A DNA stretch of 64,000 bases from Octopus sinensis (GCF_006345805.1 NC_043002.1:99696001-99760000), one strand, 5' to 3'. Counted from the stretch's first letter, positions 1 to 12,063 are shown. The notes: a model not told the origin generated them from the sequence alone. Program-made: numbers and translations.

Positions 1-227
1 GACATCGAGCGAAACTTTTCCAAGAATTGTTAGTAATATTAATGTTTATAACGAACAAATTCACTTCATTCAATCCATATTTTTTAATAGTCTTACGTAT
101 GTGTGCCTGTATCTATACACATGTGTATGCAAGTGTGTATACATGCATATTCGTGTATGTGTACAGGTATACACGCATAAATATATACATATATGTAACA
201 TGCATCGCATATAATTTTAAATATTTA

Positions 228-396
228 AGGCGCAGTAGTTGCTGTGTGATAAGTAGCTTGCTTACCAACCACATGGTTCCAGGTTCAGTCCCAGTGTGTG
301 GCACTCTGGGCTAAGTATCTTCTACCATAGCCTCGATTCGACCAGAGCCTTGTGAGTGGATTTGGTAGATGGAAACTGAAAGAAGCCCATCCTATC

Positions 397-432
<36 letters not shown>

Positions 433-710
433 TATATCACCGTGATCACCGTGACCGACCAGGCTATCACATGTTGCTACACATCGCTGTTCACAATGCG
501 CTCCGCATTGTTTTTAGTCTTCAAATGACGCCACCCCGCTGGCTAAGTGGGCAGGCCAACAGAAGAAAGAGTGAGAGAAAGTTGTGTGAAAGAGTACAGC
601 AGGGATCGGTGTTTTCGCTCAATAAACACTCACAACGCCCGGTCTGAGAATCGAAACCGCGATCCTACAACTGCGAGACCGCTGCCTTAACCACTGGGCC
701 ATTGCGCCTC

Positions 711-743
<33 letters not shown>

Positions 744-995
744 CTATATATATATATGTAAGTGTGTATGTATGTGTGTGTATATGTATGTGTATCTGTA
801 TTTTCCCCCCCAACATCGCTTGACAACCGATGCTGATGTGTTTACGTCCCCGTAACTTAGCATTTCGGCAAAAGAGACTGACAGAATAAGTACAAAGCTT
901 ACAAAGAATAAGTCCTGGGGTCGATTTACTTGACTAAGGGTGGTGCCCCAGCATGGCCGCAGTCAAACGACTAAAACAACTAAAAGAATGAAAGG
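228..995 (+). mobile_element. tRNA-derived SINE family A (head, internal microsatellite, CR1-type tail), interrupted by a nested family-B SINE
   Basis: Head AGGCGCAG..GCTGTGTGATAAG / GGTTCAGTCCC (A/B-box-like) at 228-380; tail AACATCGCTTGACAACCGATG...CCAGCATGGCCGCAGTCAAACGACTAAAAC at ~812-980; same architecture as the uninterrupted copy at 28718-29124. Confidence 0.85.
437..712 (-). mobile_element. tRNA-derived SINE family B, tail type 2, nested in the (TA)n/(CA)n linker of SINE A
   Basis: Minus strand starts GGAGGCGCAATGGCCCAGTGGTTAAGGCAGCGG...GGTTTCGATTCTC and ends GGTCGGTCACGGTGATCACGGTGA; matches 22825-23106. Confidence 0.85.
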
Positions 996-1179
996 ATATA
1001 TACGCACACACACACTACACATACACACGCATGCATGCACACACATACAAGCGCACACAATCACGCACATATGCACACATACACACACACACACATGAAA
1101 TTAAAAGAAATTTTATGACCATTCATTACCGTTGTCATTTTAATTATTGTAATTAATGTAATTACGCAGTACTTGTCAT

Positions 1180-1400
1180 CTTTTTACTTGTTACGTTCAT
1201 TAGACTGCGGCCGTGTTGGGTTACCGCTTTGAAAAGATTTTGTCGAACGAATCGACCTTAGTACTTATCTTTTATAAGACCTGGTACATATTCTATCGCT
1301 CCCTATTGTTGAACTGCTAAGTTATGGGGGTGTAAACACACCAACGCCGGTTCAACATGTAGTATGCGGACGAAGTCAAACAGAAAGAGGCACGGACAGA
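1180..1400 (-). mobile_element. Diverged SINE A tail fragment
   Basis: ACTGCGGCCGTGTTGGG...TCGACC...GTACTTATC...AACTGCTAAGTTATGGGG..GTAAACACACC similar to the reverse complement of the family-A tail. Confidence 0.7.
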
Positions 1401-1807
1401 AATATACATACATGTGTGTGTGTGTGTGGTGTGTGTGTGTGTGTATGTGTACGTGAGAGCACGTAGGCCTATAAATACATTTACAGACACATATAAATGG
1501 GCACACATTGCATTTCAGGTATTAGACAGTGAACGTCCCTTTTCATTTCTTTTGATAGTAACTTTTTTTACTTTTGTTTAATTTATATTTGAGATTCCTC
1601 AGCTGTAATGAGATTCAGGCAGTCAATAACGGCAAAGTATAGAAAAAAGTTTTGGCTCTCTAGACCATAGAGTTCAGAGCATTCAAGGATTTGTTCTTAT
1701 GAACCAGATTGACTTATTTTTCTGAATTCATGTACATTGTTGAATCCAACTAAATCTAACTTCGAATTAATTCCGATCGACTCTTCGGCCGAAACATTTC
1801 TGAAGTT

Positions 1808-2220
1808 TAGAAAGTTAGAGAAGTGATTTTAAATTCTCAAACGTAGAATAATGCTAATAATATAGCCTGAACAGGATTAGCCACCCCTATTTTGCAGAAA
1901 AAAAAGTGTTGGCGGCCGGCTATGAGCCACGAACTCACACCTCCGTGATTACGCTTCACGGTGCTCTGAACTAATTAAACTAAACCGCCCACACCAAAAA
2001 TTCTTCCGCAAATTTAAGATATATAGAAATCTCGCTTTATGAGACGCTATCATACGTTAAATTCAAATTACGATGAACGTAAACCAATAAACGAAGTTTG
2101 CTTTAGAAGCGTTGAGATGTCATAGAAAGTTAAAGAAGTGATTTTAAATTCTCAAACACAGCATAATGCTAATAATATAGCCTGAACAAGATAAGCTACC
2201 CCTATTGTGCAGAGAAAAAG
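1808..2220. repeat. Two ~98-bp direct repeats (1808-1906 and 2123-2220), period ~315 bp
   Basis: TAGAAAGTTA(G/A)AGAAGTGATTTTAAATTCTCAAAC...AATGCTAATAATATAGCCTGAACA..CCCCTATT.TGCAGA seen twice. Confidence 0.9.
1910..1989 (-). tRNA. tRNA-like pseudogene (isotype not assignable) followed by an oligo-T terminator
   Basis: Minus strand GGCGGTT TA GTTT..GAGC A CCGTG-AAGCGTAAT-CACGG AGGT GTGAG-TTCGTGG-CTCAT AGCCG(GCCG)CC A folds as a cloverleaf with an enlarged anticodon loop and a 4-nt duplication in the acceptor stem; T8 follows 4 nt downstream (A-run 1898-1905). Confidence 0.55.
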
Positions 2221-2762
2221 TTTACAGTCACATTTGAAGCATTATATGTTACAGAGTTTCGTAGTATTTACTGTCGTTCTAAATGAGAATTAGTGCAATC
2301 AACTTTACGACGTTTTAGGGGTTTCAATGTATTCTGTGTGTCCCAATATAATGTGTTCTGCCCTTAATCCAGTACACTGTAATGTAGATAATTTAATATT
2401 ATATTTAACACTTATTGGTTACAATACAAGGGAGATGCATTGTATAAATATATAAGAATATGCGAGTGTTTATACGAGTGTCTATGTTTATATGCGTTTG
2501 CCTCTGCAAATTGAGGTGGACAGGAGAGATAATTACTTTCCCCAAAAGAAGATCAACCTGAAGAGGCTAAAGATATTTTTCCAACTGCAAATTTCCTGTA
2601 CATATGCTCAGTGGGAAATGACTTTAAGCCGGGTTTAATGATATATGAGTGGGACGATAGACGTGAGAGCATTAATTTGCTAAGCTTCTTTGGCATTCAT
2701 TTTCAGCTAATCAAACTTGAAACAGCATAAAATAAAGTGATTTGTGCCGGGTAAAAGGATAA

Positions 2763-3056
2763 AGACCCTTTTGGTCACGAATAACCTCGGGATTGCACCT
2801 AGAAAGTTCCCCGCCGGGCAAGGTTGTTCTACGGAAGACCAACACTAGCCCATGCATACAAATATCTCCTCTTCACGCACCGATTTTATCCAAGGGAAAG
2901 GCAGAGTTCAATACCGTTTGGAAACAGCGGCATCGTAACTCATTTCTACAGCCGATTGAACTGAAGCAACGGAGAATAAAGTGTTTTGCGCAAAACACAA
3001 AGCGGGAATCGAACTCATAACCTCAAGTTGGTAAGTCCGAATCTCTAACCACTCAT
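2763..3056 (-). mobile_element. tRNA-derived SINE family D
   Basis: Minus strand GAGTGGTTAGAG (A box), GAGTTCGATTCCC (B box), CAGTTCAATCGGCTGTAGAAATGAGTT, tail TTTCTAGGTGCAATCCC; similar to 56144-56345. Confidence 0.7.
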
Positions 3057-3070
3057 TCATGTACATTCAC

Positions 3071-3101
<31 letters not shown>

Positions 3102-3762
3102 ATTTCTCTCCCTCTAAATATATATGGGAAGAGATTGAGAGAGATGGATACAGTATGTGTTAAATTAACATAATGAATCTTCTGAATGAATTGGTAAATG
3201 CAAAGTTATATTTATAGGTTCAATGAATATATTTTGTATCGAAATTATGTTGCATGTTTAAACCACGAATGATTTCTTACACCGACGAGTGTTTTTCCCA
3301 AAATGTTAGTCGGTGATCGCTTACGTCTGCCCATCTTACCATTTGTATAAAGGGAAAAAACATTAAAAATACATTTCTTAAGGACATGGATTTAATTCCG
3401 TGCATCCACACACACGCACACACATGCACACATACACACGTGTCTACATTGCTTCCTATCTTTCTATTTCCCTCGTTTTTGTTTTCACTTTCTATCATTG
3501 TGCTTTCTTTCTATTATTTCATTTTTGCATACAAAACAAACGTTACGTCATTAGGGAATTGTCATTGCAATGCTACTAAAAAAAAAGTTTTGCAACTCAA
3601 TAACAACAGCTCCTTCGTATTATTATTAAGGACAATACATCTATTGAATAATGTATCCTTTAAGTTTTGCCTCTAGAGATTCGTTTCTTTCAGGGATCGA
3701 ATTTCTGAACCTTTTTACAACTTTGTATTGATACAATACGATATGATGTAGCACAAACACAC

Positions 3763-3794
<32 letters not shown>

Positions 3795-3800
3795 CACACC

Positions 3801-3855
<55 letters not shown>

Positions 3856-4109
3856 TGTGTAATACAATCTCTGTTGATTTATATACGTTTCCAAGGAATG
3901 GAATTTGCTGTGTGCCTACAAAATGAACGAGCCGAAAAGAGACCTTTTGTTTCCTTGTCTTGCTTCAGACGTTTGACACTCAACGTATAAATTAAGCGCT
4001 GATTTTATCATCGCGTGTACTATCATAACTGATCCTTTAAACATGGACAAGTTGAAATAAGTATTGCGAATTGGAGTATAAGCGAGGAAACCTTTACTTT
4101 TATCTAGAG

Positions 4110-4700
4110 CTGTGGTTCTGAACCGGGGTCCAAATAATATTCTGATGTTAAGGTTTGTGTGCAATAGACTGGTTAAACTTCTACAAGACACAAAATATTT
4201 TAACTATTTTTTTAATCAATTCCCAATATCGGATGGAAGCACTCCGTCGATTACGACGACGAGGGTTCCGGTTGATCCGAATCAACGGAACAGCCTGCTC
4301 GTGAAATTAACGTGTAAGTGGCTGAGCACTCCACAGACACATGTACCCTTAACGTAGTTCTCGGGGATATTCAGTGTGACACAGAGAGTGATAAGGCCGG
4401 CCCTTTGAAATACAGGTACAACAGAAACAGGAAGTAAGTGTGAGAGAAAGTTGTGGTGAAAGAGTACAGCAGGGATCACCAACATCCCCTGCCGGAGCTT
4501 CATGGAGCTTTAGGTGTTTTCACTCAATAAACACTCACAACGCCCGGTCTGGGAATCGAAACCGCGATCCTATGACCACTGATCCATTGCGCCTCCACTA
4601 ATTCCCAATATTATAAAAATATCCATTGGCTATAGGAGTCTAATAGTAAAAAATAAGAATCAAGGGGGTCCATCAGCAAAACCATAAGTGAGAATCTGTG
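4110..4700. mobile_element. Degenerate hAT-like MITE interrupted by a SINE B insertion
   Basis: Left end CTGTGGTTCTGAACCGGGGTCCA and right end GGGGTCCA...GTGAGAATCTGTG resemble CAGTGGTTCTCAACC-type hAT termini; TIRs imperfect. Confidence 0.4.
4229..4599 (-). mobile_element. SINE family B, tail type 1, with 11-bp TSD
   Basis: Family-B head at the 4599 side, tail ...GAACCCTCGTCGTCGTAATCGACGGAGTGCTTCCATCC; AATTCCCAATA duplicated at 4218-4228 and 4600-4610. Confidence 0.9.
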
Positions 4701-5729
4701 ATCTTGAGAGAGAAAATTAACCTCGTCTTTTGCTGGCTCCCATGATCGGTGAAATACATAAAAGCGTTTCATGATCTTCTTAAATAACTACGTATAAATA
4801 GACATAAAAACAACTATATGCGGGTAGGGTATTCTTACACCCAGAAATAAAGGTTAGTTTTGAGTCAGGGAAACAATAATTGCTGTTAAACTCCTGTACG
4901 ACAGAATTATAACAAAGAAACATAGTTTGGATCAGGTTTTCCGAGCGGAATATGTCTTCAATATAGGTCAATACACGATCAAGCTTAATTTCTTTACTTA
5001 GGAATATGTAGTTTCATTCGAACTCTGTTTCGTTGTCTCTTATTTGTAGTGAAAAATATTTTTCGTGTTACCAATTTTTGTCTATTTCTGATACACGTGT
5101 GTATTCTATTGATTACCAATGAGCAAGTTTCAAAGATAATATTAAGAATTTATTTATATTGCTTTTTTTTTAAAACTTGCAGTTAAGTCGTATAAAAATA
5201 TATATATTGATTAGAATGATAATATCTTTTAGCTTGTCACTGTCAGCACAAAAGATATCTTTCGAATTAATGTTTTTAATTCTGCATAACGATTATATAA
5301 CCAAAAATTGAACTCTTGCTTAATTAAGTGAATTTGAAAATATAAAAAAGAATATTTTGTTATTATTCATAACTCGAGGCAAATTATTGAAATTTTCTTC
5401 TTTCCTATTATATGATATTTCTTTTATACTGTTAGTTAACTGAATATTAGCAAATAAAAGAATATGAAAATCACAAGCGATTGAGAATTGACAATTATCA
5501 TACTTCTCTTATTAGCGACAGCATCGAAGTAGCTTCGGAACGGTTTCAAGTTCATTAGGACATTTAGTGTCCTGTCTTTTTGTTGAAAGTTCGTATCATA
5601 CTGCGGCCAACATTTTTATCATTCCAGGGTCGATGAATTCAATTTTGTTCAAATATTGATGTCAATATAATCATTTATTACTTTCTATGTTAATGGAAAA
5701 CAGGCTGCCTATGCTAGAATTTGATATCG

Positions 5730-6152
5730 GGATATTTTCGGTTTGAACGGCAGTTTTTAACATAATTTCTAGGTAACTAAAAATGTTTAAACTTCGTATA
5801 CTGGTAGAATGTGTTTATAAAACATCTTTTTCTCTTGGTTTTATTGAGAAAATTCTATAGTTTGTAAGATATTTGTTATTTTTCTTCAATTTCTGCAATT
5901 TCAACAAATCAATGACGTCTATTGAGGTGAAAACATTCTGTGCCGTATGAATATGTCCCTCGTTTAAGAAACAGATTGGGTTTATTTACATTTATGAAGA
6001 AAAAAAGATACCCTTCCCTCCACCCCTAACCCTAACTAACCCTGATCCTAAAACGGATTGAAATGCAATAGATCGATACCAGGGCCATAATTATGAGTGA
6101 CAATTTCATATGACACCGCTAGAAAAATCTGCCGTTCAAACCGAAAAGATCC
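5730..6152 (+). mobile_element. GG-terminated MITE, copy 1 (Merlin- or MULE-like non-autonomous DNA transposon)
   Basis: TIRs GGATATTTTCGGTTTGAACGGCAG / CTGCCGTTCAAACCGAAAAGATCC; internal CCCTAACCCTAACTAACCCT; homologous to 9789-10154 and 51168-51583. Confidence 0.85.
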
Positions 6153-6398
6153 AAATTCTGTTCAAATATTGATGTCAATATAATCATTTATTACTTTCTA
6201 TGTTAATAGGAAACAGGCTGCCTATGCTTGAATTTGATATCGTTCCCGATAACATAAGAAAGAATACAAGTAACCATAAATCACTATTTTACAACGGTGT
6301 TAACAACTGATATCGCTGTGGGTAATATTCAAGCGAATATGCTCCTAGCATCTGGGTTTTCAACTAGATTCTCAGTTATATATTAAACAATGTTACCC

Positions 6399-6788
6399 TT
6401 TTAGTCTTTTACTTGTTTCAGTCATTTGACTGTGGCCATGCTGGAGCACCGCCTTTTAGTCGAGCAAATCGACCCCAGAACTTATTCTTTGTAAGCCTAG
6501 TACTTATTCTATCGGTCATTTTTGCCGAACCGCTAAGTTACGGAGACGCAAACACACCAGCATCGGTTGTCAAGCGATGTTGGGGGGACAAACACAGACA
6601 CACACACATATATATATGTATACACGATGGGCTTCATTCAGTTTCCGGCTCCCAAATCCACCCACAAGGCTTTGGTCGGCCCGAGGCTATAGTAGAAGAC
6701 ACTTGCCCAAGGTTCTACGCAGTGGGACTGAACCCGGAACCATGTTGTTGGTAAGCAAGCTACTTACCACACAGCCACTCCTACGCCT
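6399..6788 (-). mobile_element. Full-length SINE family A
   Basis: Reverse complement of the head, short microsatellite and tail seen at 28718-29124. Confidence 0.9.
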
Positions 6789-7539
6789 ATATTCAATGTT
6801 ATTTAATTTTGAAGCAAAACTACTATTATTGACGAATCATTAAGAGTGTTAAAAAGAGATATAAAAAACGTTAGTCAGCACCAAAATACTAGAGCGCGCT
6901 CACGTAAAAAGACAAAAGTATACCTAGCACAGTCATGTACTAGAAGCTACTACAGTCCATTTTATGTGGTAGATAAACAAGATTGTTATGGAGAAATATT
7001 TTAGATCACGAATGTGTGTGGGCTTAGGCTCATTCGTACTCTAGCAAATGTCCTATCGAATCCCACACTTGCGAACACATCAGCGTCTTATATCAGTATT
7101 CTGTTAAAATTATTTTTTCTATCGAAGTGTTTAGGAATAACATCCAACTAATTCACGATATACTACAGCCAACAGGTACACACATTATATAACACAGTAA
7201 GGAGATATACAGAACCGTTACACACATATCTAAATTCAGATTAATGGGTGTTGCACCGAAATTTTGTGATGTGCTACTTTTATAGCTAAAATCTGTTTTT
7301 ATTCATTAGATTGGCCATAAAGGCCTTAAAGAAAGGAAGCTGCGGGCTGGACAAAGACATATTGTTACATGAAATGAAAACGAAAATGATGTTTAATGGG
7401 GGGGAAAACGACGCCCCCCGATCGATTTTTTCCCGAGAACATTGGTCTCTTGTATATTGTTCATGAGGCAACAAACTTCTACACTGTTCACAATATTCTA
7501 TAACAAAATTCAATAACAAAATGAGGTGCTAAGCCTCTT

Positions 7540-8235
7540 ACCTTTCTTTCAAAACTCAGAACTTTCAATAACACTAAGGCTTTTCAAGCTCTTAACTATA
7601 TTCCTCCTCCACATCGTTTGTGCCCGCATACTCCGCCATCATCCACGCCTCATTCAAGATCAAAACGGGTGCCGTGTTGGCGTCACCCTGGTACAAGTGA
7701 TATTCCTCATTGAGTCACTTCAGCCTATTCATCACGGGCAACGTTATGACCTCCACAGCTATCTGCAGAGGTCATTCGGGATCCTGTCTGCAGGCTAAAT
7801 GTGCTCCCTTATGGTGCATTTCCACCACTTTTTCTACCTCTCCACCTCTATAGAAGAAAAATAATTCATCTTCTTCCGGGGGCGGAATATCCAATTCTAC
7901 CGTTGGTGGCACAGTTCCCGCCAGCGGAGTCTCTTCCCCTGCCGGAGGCACAGCCCCAACCGACGAAGTTCCGGGACATTCTGGTACTATGCCACCGACT
8001 GCCGGCAATGTCCCGTTTCTCTTCCTCTTCCTCTTTTTTTCTTTTCAACTGAGAGAGGGTGCGTCTCCTCCGTTACCGAGAGATACGCCTCACCTTCCCC
8101 ATCCCTAGGATTCTTCGGTGTGCACCCATTCTTGCTCACCTTCTTCCTCTTGCGGCCCTTCTTTGAGGAGTTCTCCGCCTCCTCGGCCGCTCTTTTATTG
8201 CTAAAATCTTCTTGCCTTAAGCACTCCTATGTGCA
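7540..8235 (-). pseudogene. GC-rich decayed coding-like segment, possibly ORF1/gag-like of a retroelement
   Basis: Minus-strand frames give basic/acidic low-complexity peptide (KKGRKRKK, KRKRKRNGTLPAVGG...DIPPPEEDELFFFYRGGEVEKVVE) with stops and frameshifts; GC well above the flanks; no diagnostic motif. Confidence 0.3.
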
Positions 8236-8589
8236 AAATTGGTATTATAAAGGGTTAATTACTTCTTCGTAACATGTCCATGCTCCACTATACCTGATGT
8301 ACTGCAGTTCGTTTCTCTCTCTCTCTCTGGTGCGAAATCTTAATTCTGCCGCACAACAAGGGGTATAATGTTGTATCTGGCATTACCTATAAGCTGTGTT
8401 GTACCATCATATTGGCAACCATAACATTCTCAATGGGGGGTCTCCTCTCGTAAGGGAAATAAATTTGTTTTCATTGTATTCTTTTTCTTTCTTAACTTAG
8501 ACGTTATAATTTAACTGTTACGACTGTTTCTTTTTCTTATACCAATAGGACGTTATGTTATCCTCTTACATTCGTTTACAAAGAAGAAA

Positions 8590-8894
8590 AAAATAACGGT
8601 GACGATTATTATCATCAACAACAATTTCATTATTATGATATTTTTATTATTTTCATAATATCTTTTTGATTACCTTACTTTGGTATTATGATCATTATTG
8701 AATGTTTTATTGCTTTTTTTTACTGACGTTTAATGTTAACATCAATATCATAGCTAAAATTAAAATGAATGTTATTATCCTCATCATCAGTAACATCAGC
8801 AGAAACATCATTATATCAATATTATGATTAACATCCTTATTATTATTAGTAATGATAATACCAATGTAATAATAATAATAATATTAATAACAAT

Positions 8895-8926
<32 letters not shown>

Positions 8927-8955
8927 CATTATTATTACTATCATTATTATTGTTG

Positions 8956-9002
<47 letters not shown>

Positions 9003-9003
9003 G

Positions 9004-9034
<31 letters not shown>

Positions 9035-9075
9035 CATTATTATTGTTATTATTATCATTATTATTATTACCATTA

Positions 9076-9122
<47 letters not shown>

Positions 9123-9140
9123 TTATTGGTATTATTATTA
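8590..9140. repeat. Imperfect (ATT)n/(ATC)n trinucleotide tract
   Basis: Directly visible; source of the poly-L and poly-I ORFs. Confidence 0.95.
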
Positions 9141-9788
9141 GCTTCGATCGGCTACAAATGCTCATTTTTTGTTGTGTTGTTGAAAATGTATTGATGAAAA
9201 ACCTATTATTACAAAAGTATCGACCCTGATTGAATAGACGCTTTAAAAAAAAAATCAGTGAACAAAAAAACATTCCCTACACTATTCTTTAAATAAACTA
9301 AACTCTCTCTTCACCTTACCTCCATTTTTCATCTATAGTTCCACCCGTTATATGGTCTTAGTAAATCGGGAGGAATGAAACTTCTGAGGCATAACTGCAA
9401 TGCAACCTCATTAAAAGGCCCAACCAGAAGCAAATATACAACGTTATTGGATATATACGTATAAAGCCAGAAGGGATGTTTCCTATGATTTGAAAGGTGG
9501 AAAGAAGTTAGTTTTTAAATGGATTAAATATTGTAATTTATCCAGCATTTAGTTCAGTGTATGAGTTACGTTTCTGTCTTTAATACTAAAGGCACTACCA
9601 TTGGTAGTTGGTGAATTCTGATGTGATGCGTTATATTTTTGTGATATATTTGAAGGATATGCGCCTTTGTACATTTCTGTTGTTGCACACACGCATACAC
9701 ATACAATCAGATGCATATACACACATCCATACACGACACAGATACACAGATACATACACACATATATAACATTGACAATACGTCTGTG

Positions 9789-10154
9789 GGATCATTCGGT
9801 TTGAACGGCAGTTTTTTCTAGCAGTGTCATATGAAATTGTCACCCATAATTATGACCCTGGTATCGATCTGTTGCATTTCTATCTGTTTTAGGGTTAGGG
9901 GTGGGGGAAGGATATCTTTTTTCTTCACAAATGTAAACAAACCCAATCTGTTTCTTAAACGAGGAACATATTCATACGGCACAGAATGTTTTGAAGAAAA
10001 AACAACAACAAATATCTTACAAACTATAGAATTTTCTCAATAAAGCCAAGAGAAAAAGATGTTTTATAAACACATTCTACCAGTATGTGAATTTTAAAAT
10101 GTTTTAGCTACCTAGAAATTATGTTAAAAACTGCCGTTCAAACCGAAAAGATCC
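9789..10154 (-). mobile_element. GG-terminated MITE, copy 2, with 8-bp TSD CGTCTGTG
   Basis: TIRs GGATCATTCGGTTTGAACGGCAG / CTGCCGTTCAAACCGAAAAGATCC; CGTCTGTG at 9781-9788 and 10155-10162. Confidence 0.9.
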
Positions 10155-10738
10155 CGTCTGTGTATACGTATGCATGTGTGTTTGCATGTATTGAGATCGG
10201 CTTATTTTTCATGTCATCGAGGCTCTATGTGGTTCTGAATGTCGCAAGAATTCTCAAGCCTTATTGAAATAACGAAGTAACGCTATTATATCATCGCATG
10301 GCTTGACTTTATCATATATGTTCTGATTGTTGGGGCTGACGTTGAATTGGGAAGGAATAAGGCGTAGAGTTATGAAAGGAAGAGGATATAAAACGAAAGA
10401 ATTAAGGTATCGTTTACTGCGTGATAATGTTAAGATGCGGTGTTTCCTATGGAATGTAGTAATGTGTTTGTATGTGTAACTATTATTAAATTAGTGCTTC
10501 TTGTTTTTGCTAGTGTTCAAAGTTGACTTCACTTCAGACTTACCAATCAATACATGAAAGGAATGAACAGTTAAATATATGTGTAAGAGTGTGTGTGTGT
10601 GTGTGTGTACCTATATTTTAGTGCCCACGTAATGACTCTTATCTCCTACCATTTGACATCAACATAGTGAATTGAATTGGCTATCAAAGAGAATTTAAAA
10701 TAATGCACATGCATATATACACACACATACTATATACC

Positions 10739-11100
10739 TCTATTTATATAAAACTGAGAATGTGTGTCTGTCTGTCTGTCTGTGTATTTCCCTAAAACTT
10801 GAGAACTACACAACCAATTTCAATTCAAATTTTAAACATGCTTTACTTAGGGCCCTGGGAGTGTCATCGGCAAAAAAGTTTAACTTTTTGCCTAGGGCGA
10901 GCCCACAGCAATATCATATCTTCTCCACTCTGATTCCCCAAAACTTGAGAACTACACAACAAATTTCATTCAAATTTTACACATGTCTTACGTAGGGTCC
11001 ATGTAGTGTGATGGGCAAAACATGTTCAACTTCTTGCCTAGAGCGAGCCCACAGCAATATCATATCTTCTCCACTATTTCAGTATTATGTGTTAAAAGTG
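10739..11100 (+). mobile_element. Non-autonomous Helitron-like 5' portion with two ~146-bp internal tandem units
   Basis: Starts TCTATTTATATAAAACTGAGAATGTGTGTCTGTC; units at ~10787-10933 and ~10934-11074; no CTAG 3' end found. Confidence 0.55.
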
Positions 11101-11133
11101 AAACGAAAACATCTCTCTATTGTATGTATATGG

Positions 11134-11171
<38 letters not shown>

Positions 11172-11721
11172 ATAGTTATATCTTGAGATCGTTAGTGACA
11201 ACAACGTTCAAAATATATAACAGACTGGAATAGTAGTGCACAAATGAGCTGTATACACTTTTTAATCCGAGGGGAGGAAATGCGAGCAGCAACTACAAGA
11301 GCACTACAAAATCCACAGAAAGATCAAACACATACATATATTCATATATTCATTTAAATCTACAGATGAGACATAAAGCCCGACGTTTAGAAATATATAG
11401 TAATATATAAATATATAAACATCATATAAAAATATATTGCACGCATAAGATCCACTCGACGCTCCATGAGAAATTTAGAAATAAAAATTGCAATAAAGGT
11501 TAGAGGTAATAATAACAATTGAATTAAATATAGTAAATATAATAAGTAGTAATTAAATAAAACTAAAGTATGGTAATTAAATCGTAATATAATTTTTTTT
11601 TTTAAATAGCAATTAGTATAAAATGTATCAATGACTTGGCTTTGCATGAATGGGAGAAATTAAACGATGAAAAATTTAATTGAGTGAAGAAGTGAATTAG
11701 TCCATTTACTATAGCTGCTAG

Positions 11722-11806
11722 ATTGAATTATATGCTTATAAAGTAGCATTCGGTATCTATGAGAATTTTTGGGAGTACGTAATGTCTGGTCTTTCGCCTG
11801 TAGCAG
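11722..11806 (+). CDS. Candidate 85-nt internal exon (IELYAYKVAFGIYENFWEYVMSGLSPVA), product unknown
   Basis: TAG|ATT acceptor, CAG|GTATGT donor, open frame; protein not recognised. Confidence 0.2.
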
Positions 11807-12063
11807 GTATGTAATTGTGCATTTGTTTCCGTGTACAATGTGTTGTGTGTAAAAAAACATCCTGAGGAGGGGAGTGTCAATTTTAAATATATGATATGTT
11901 TCATATTAATTAGGGCATCTCCGAAATGATGAACTTCTATGTATTTTTGTAAATTTGTATATTTATCCTCTATGTATTTTTCTCTGGAATTTTAATTCGT
12001 CTTTTTAATATGTCATTGTGTGTTTTATTACCCCAAAGTTTTAATTTAACAAATTTATACCAA

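Noticed and set aside
3916-4191. 91-aa minus-strand ORF with a good acceptor
   Set aside because: Its 5' part, including the acceptor, lies within the degenerate hAT-like MITE; no recognisable motif.
6025-6045. CCCTAA repeats suggesting a telomere or fusion site
   Set aside because: Only 2-3 imperfect units and part of the MITE consensus in all three copies.
8824-9141. Poly-Leu and poly-Ile ORFs resembling membrane proteins
   Set aside because: Translation of the (ATT)n microsatellite.
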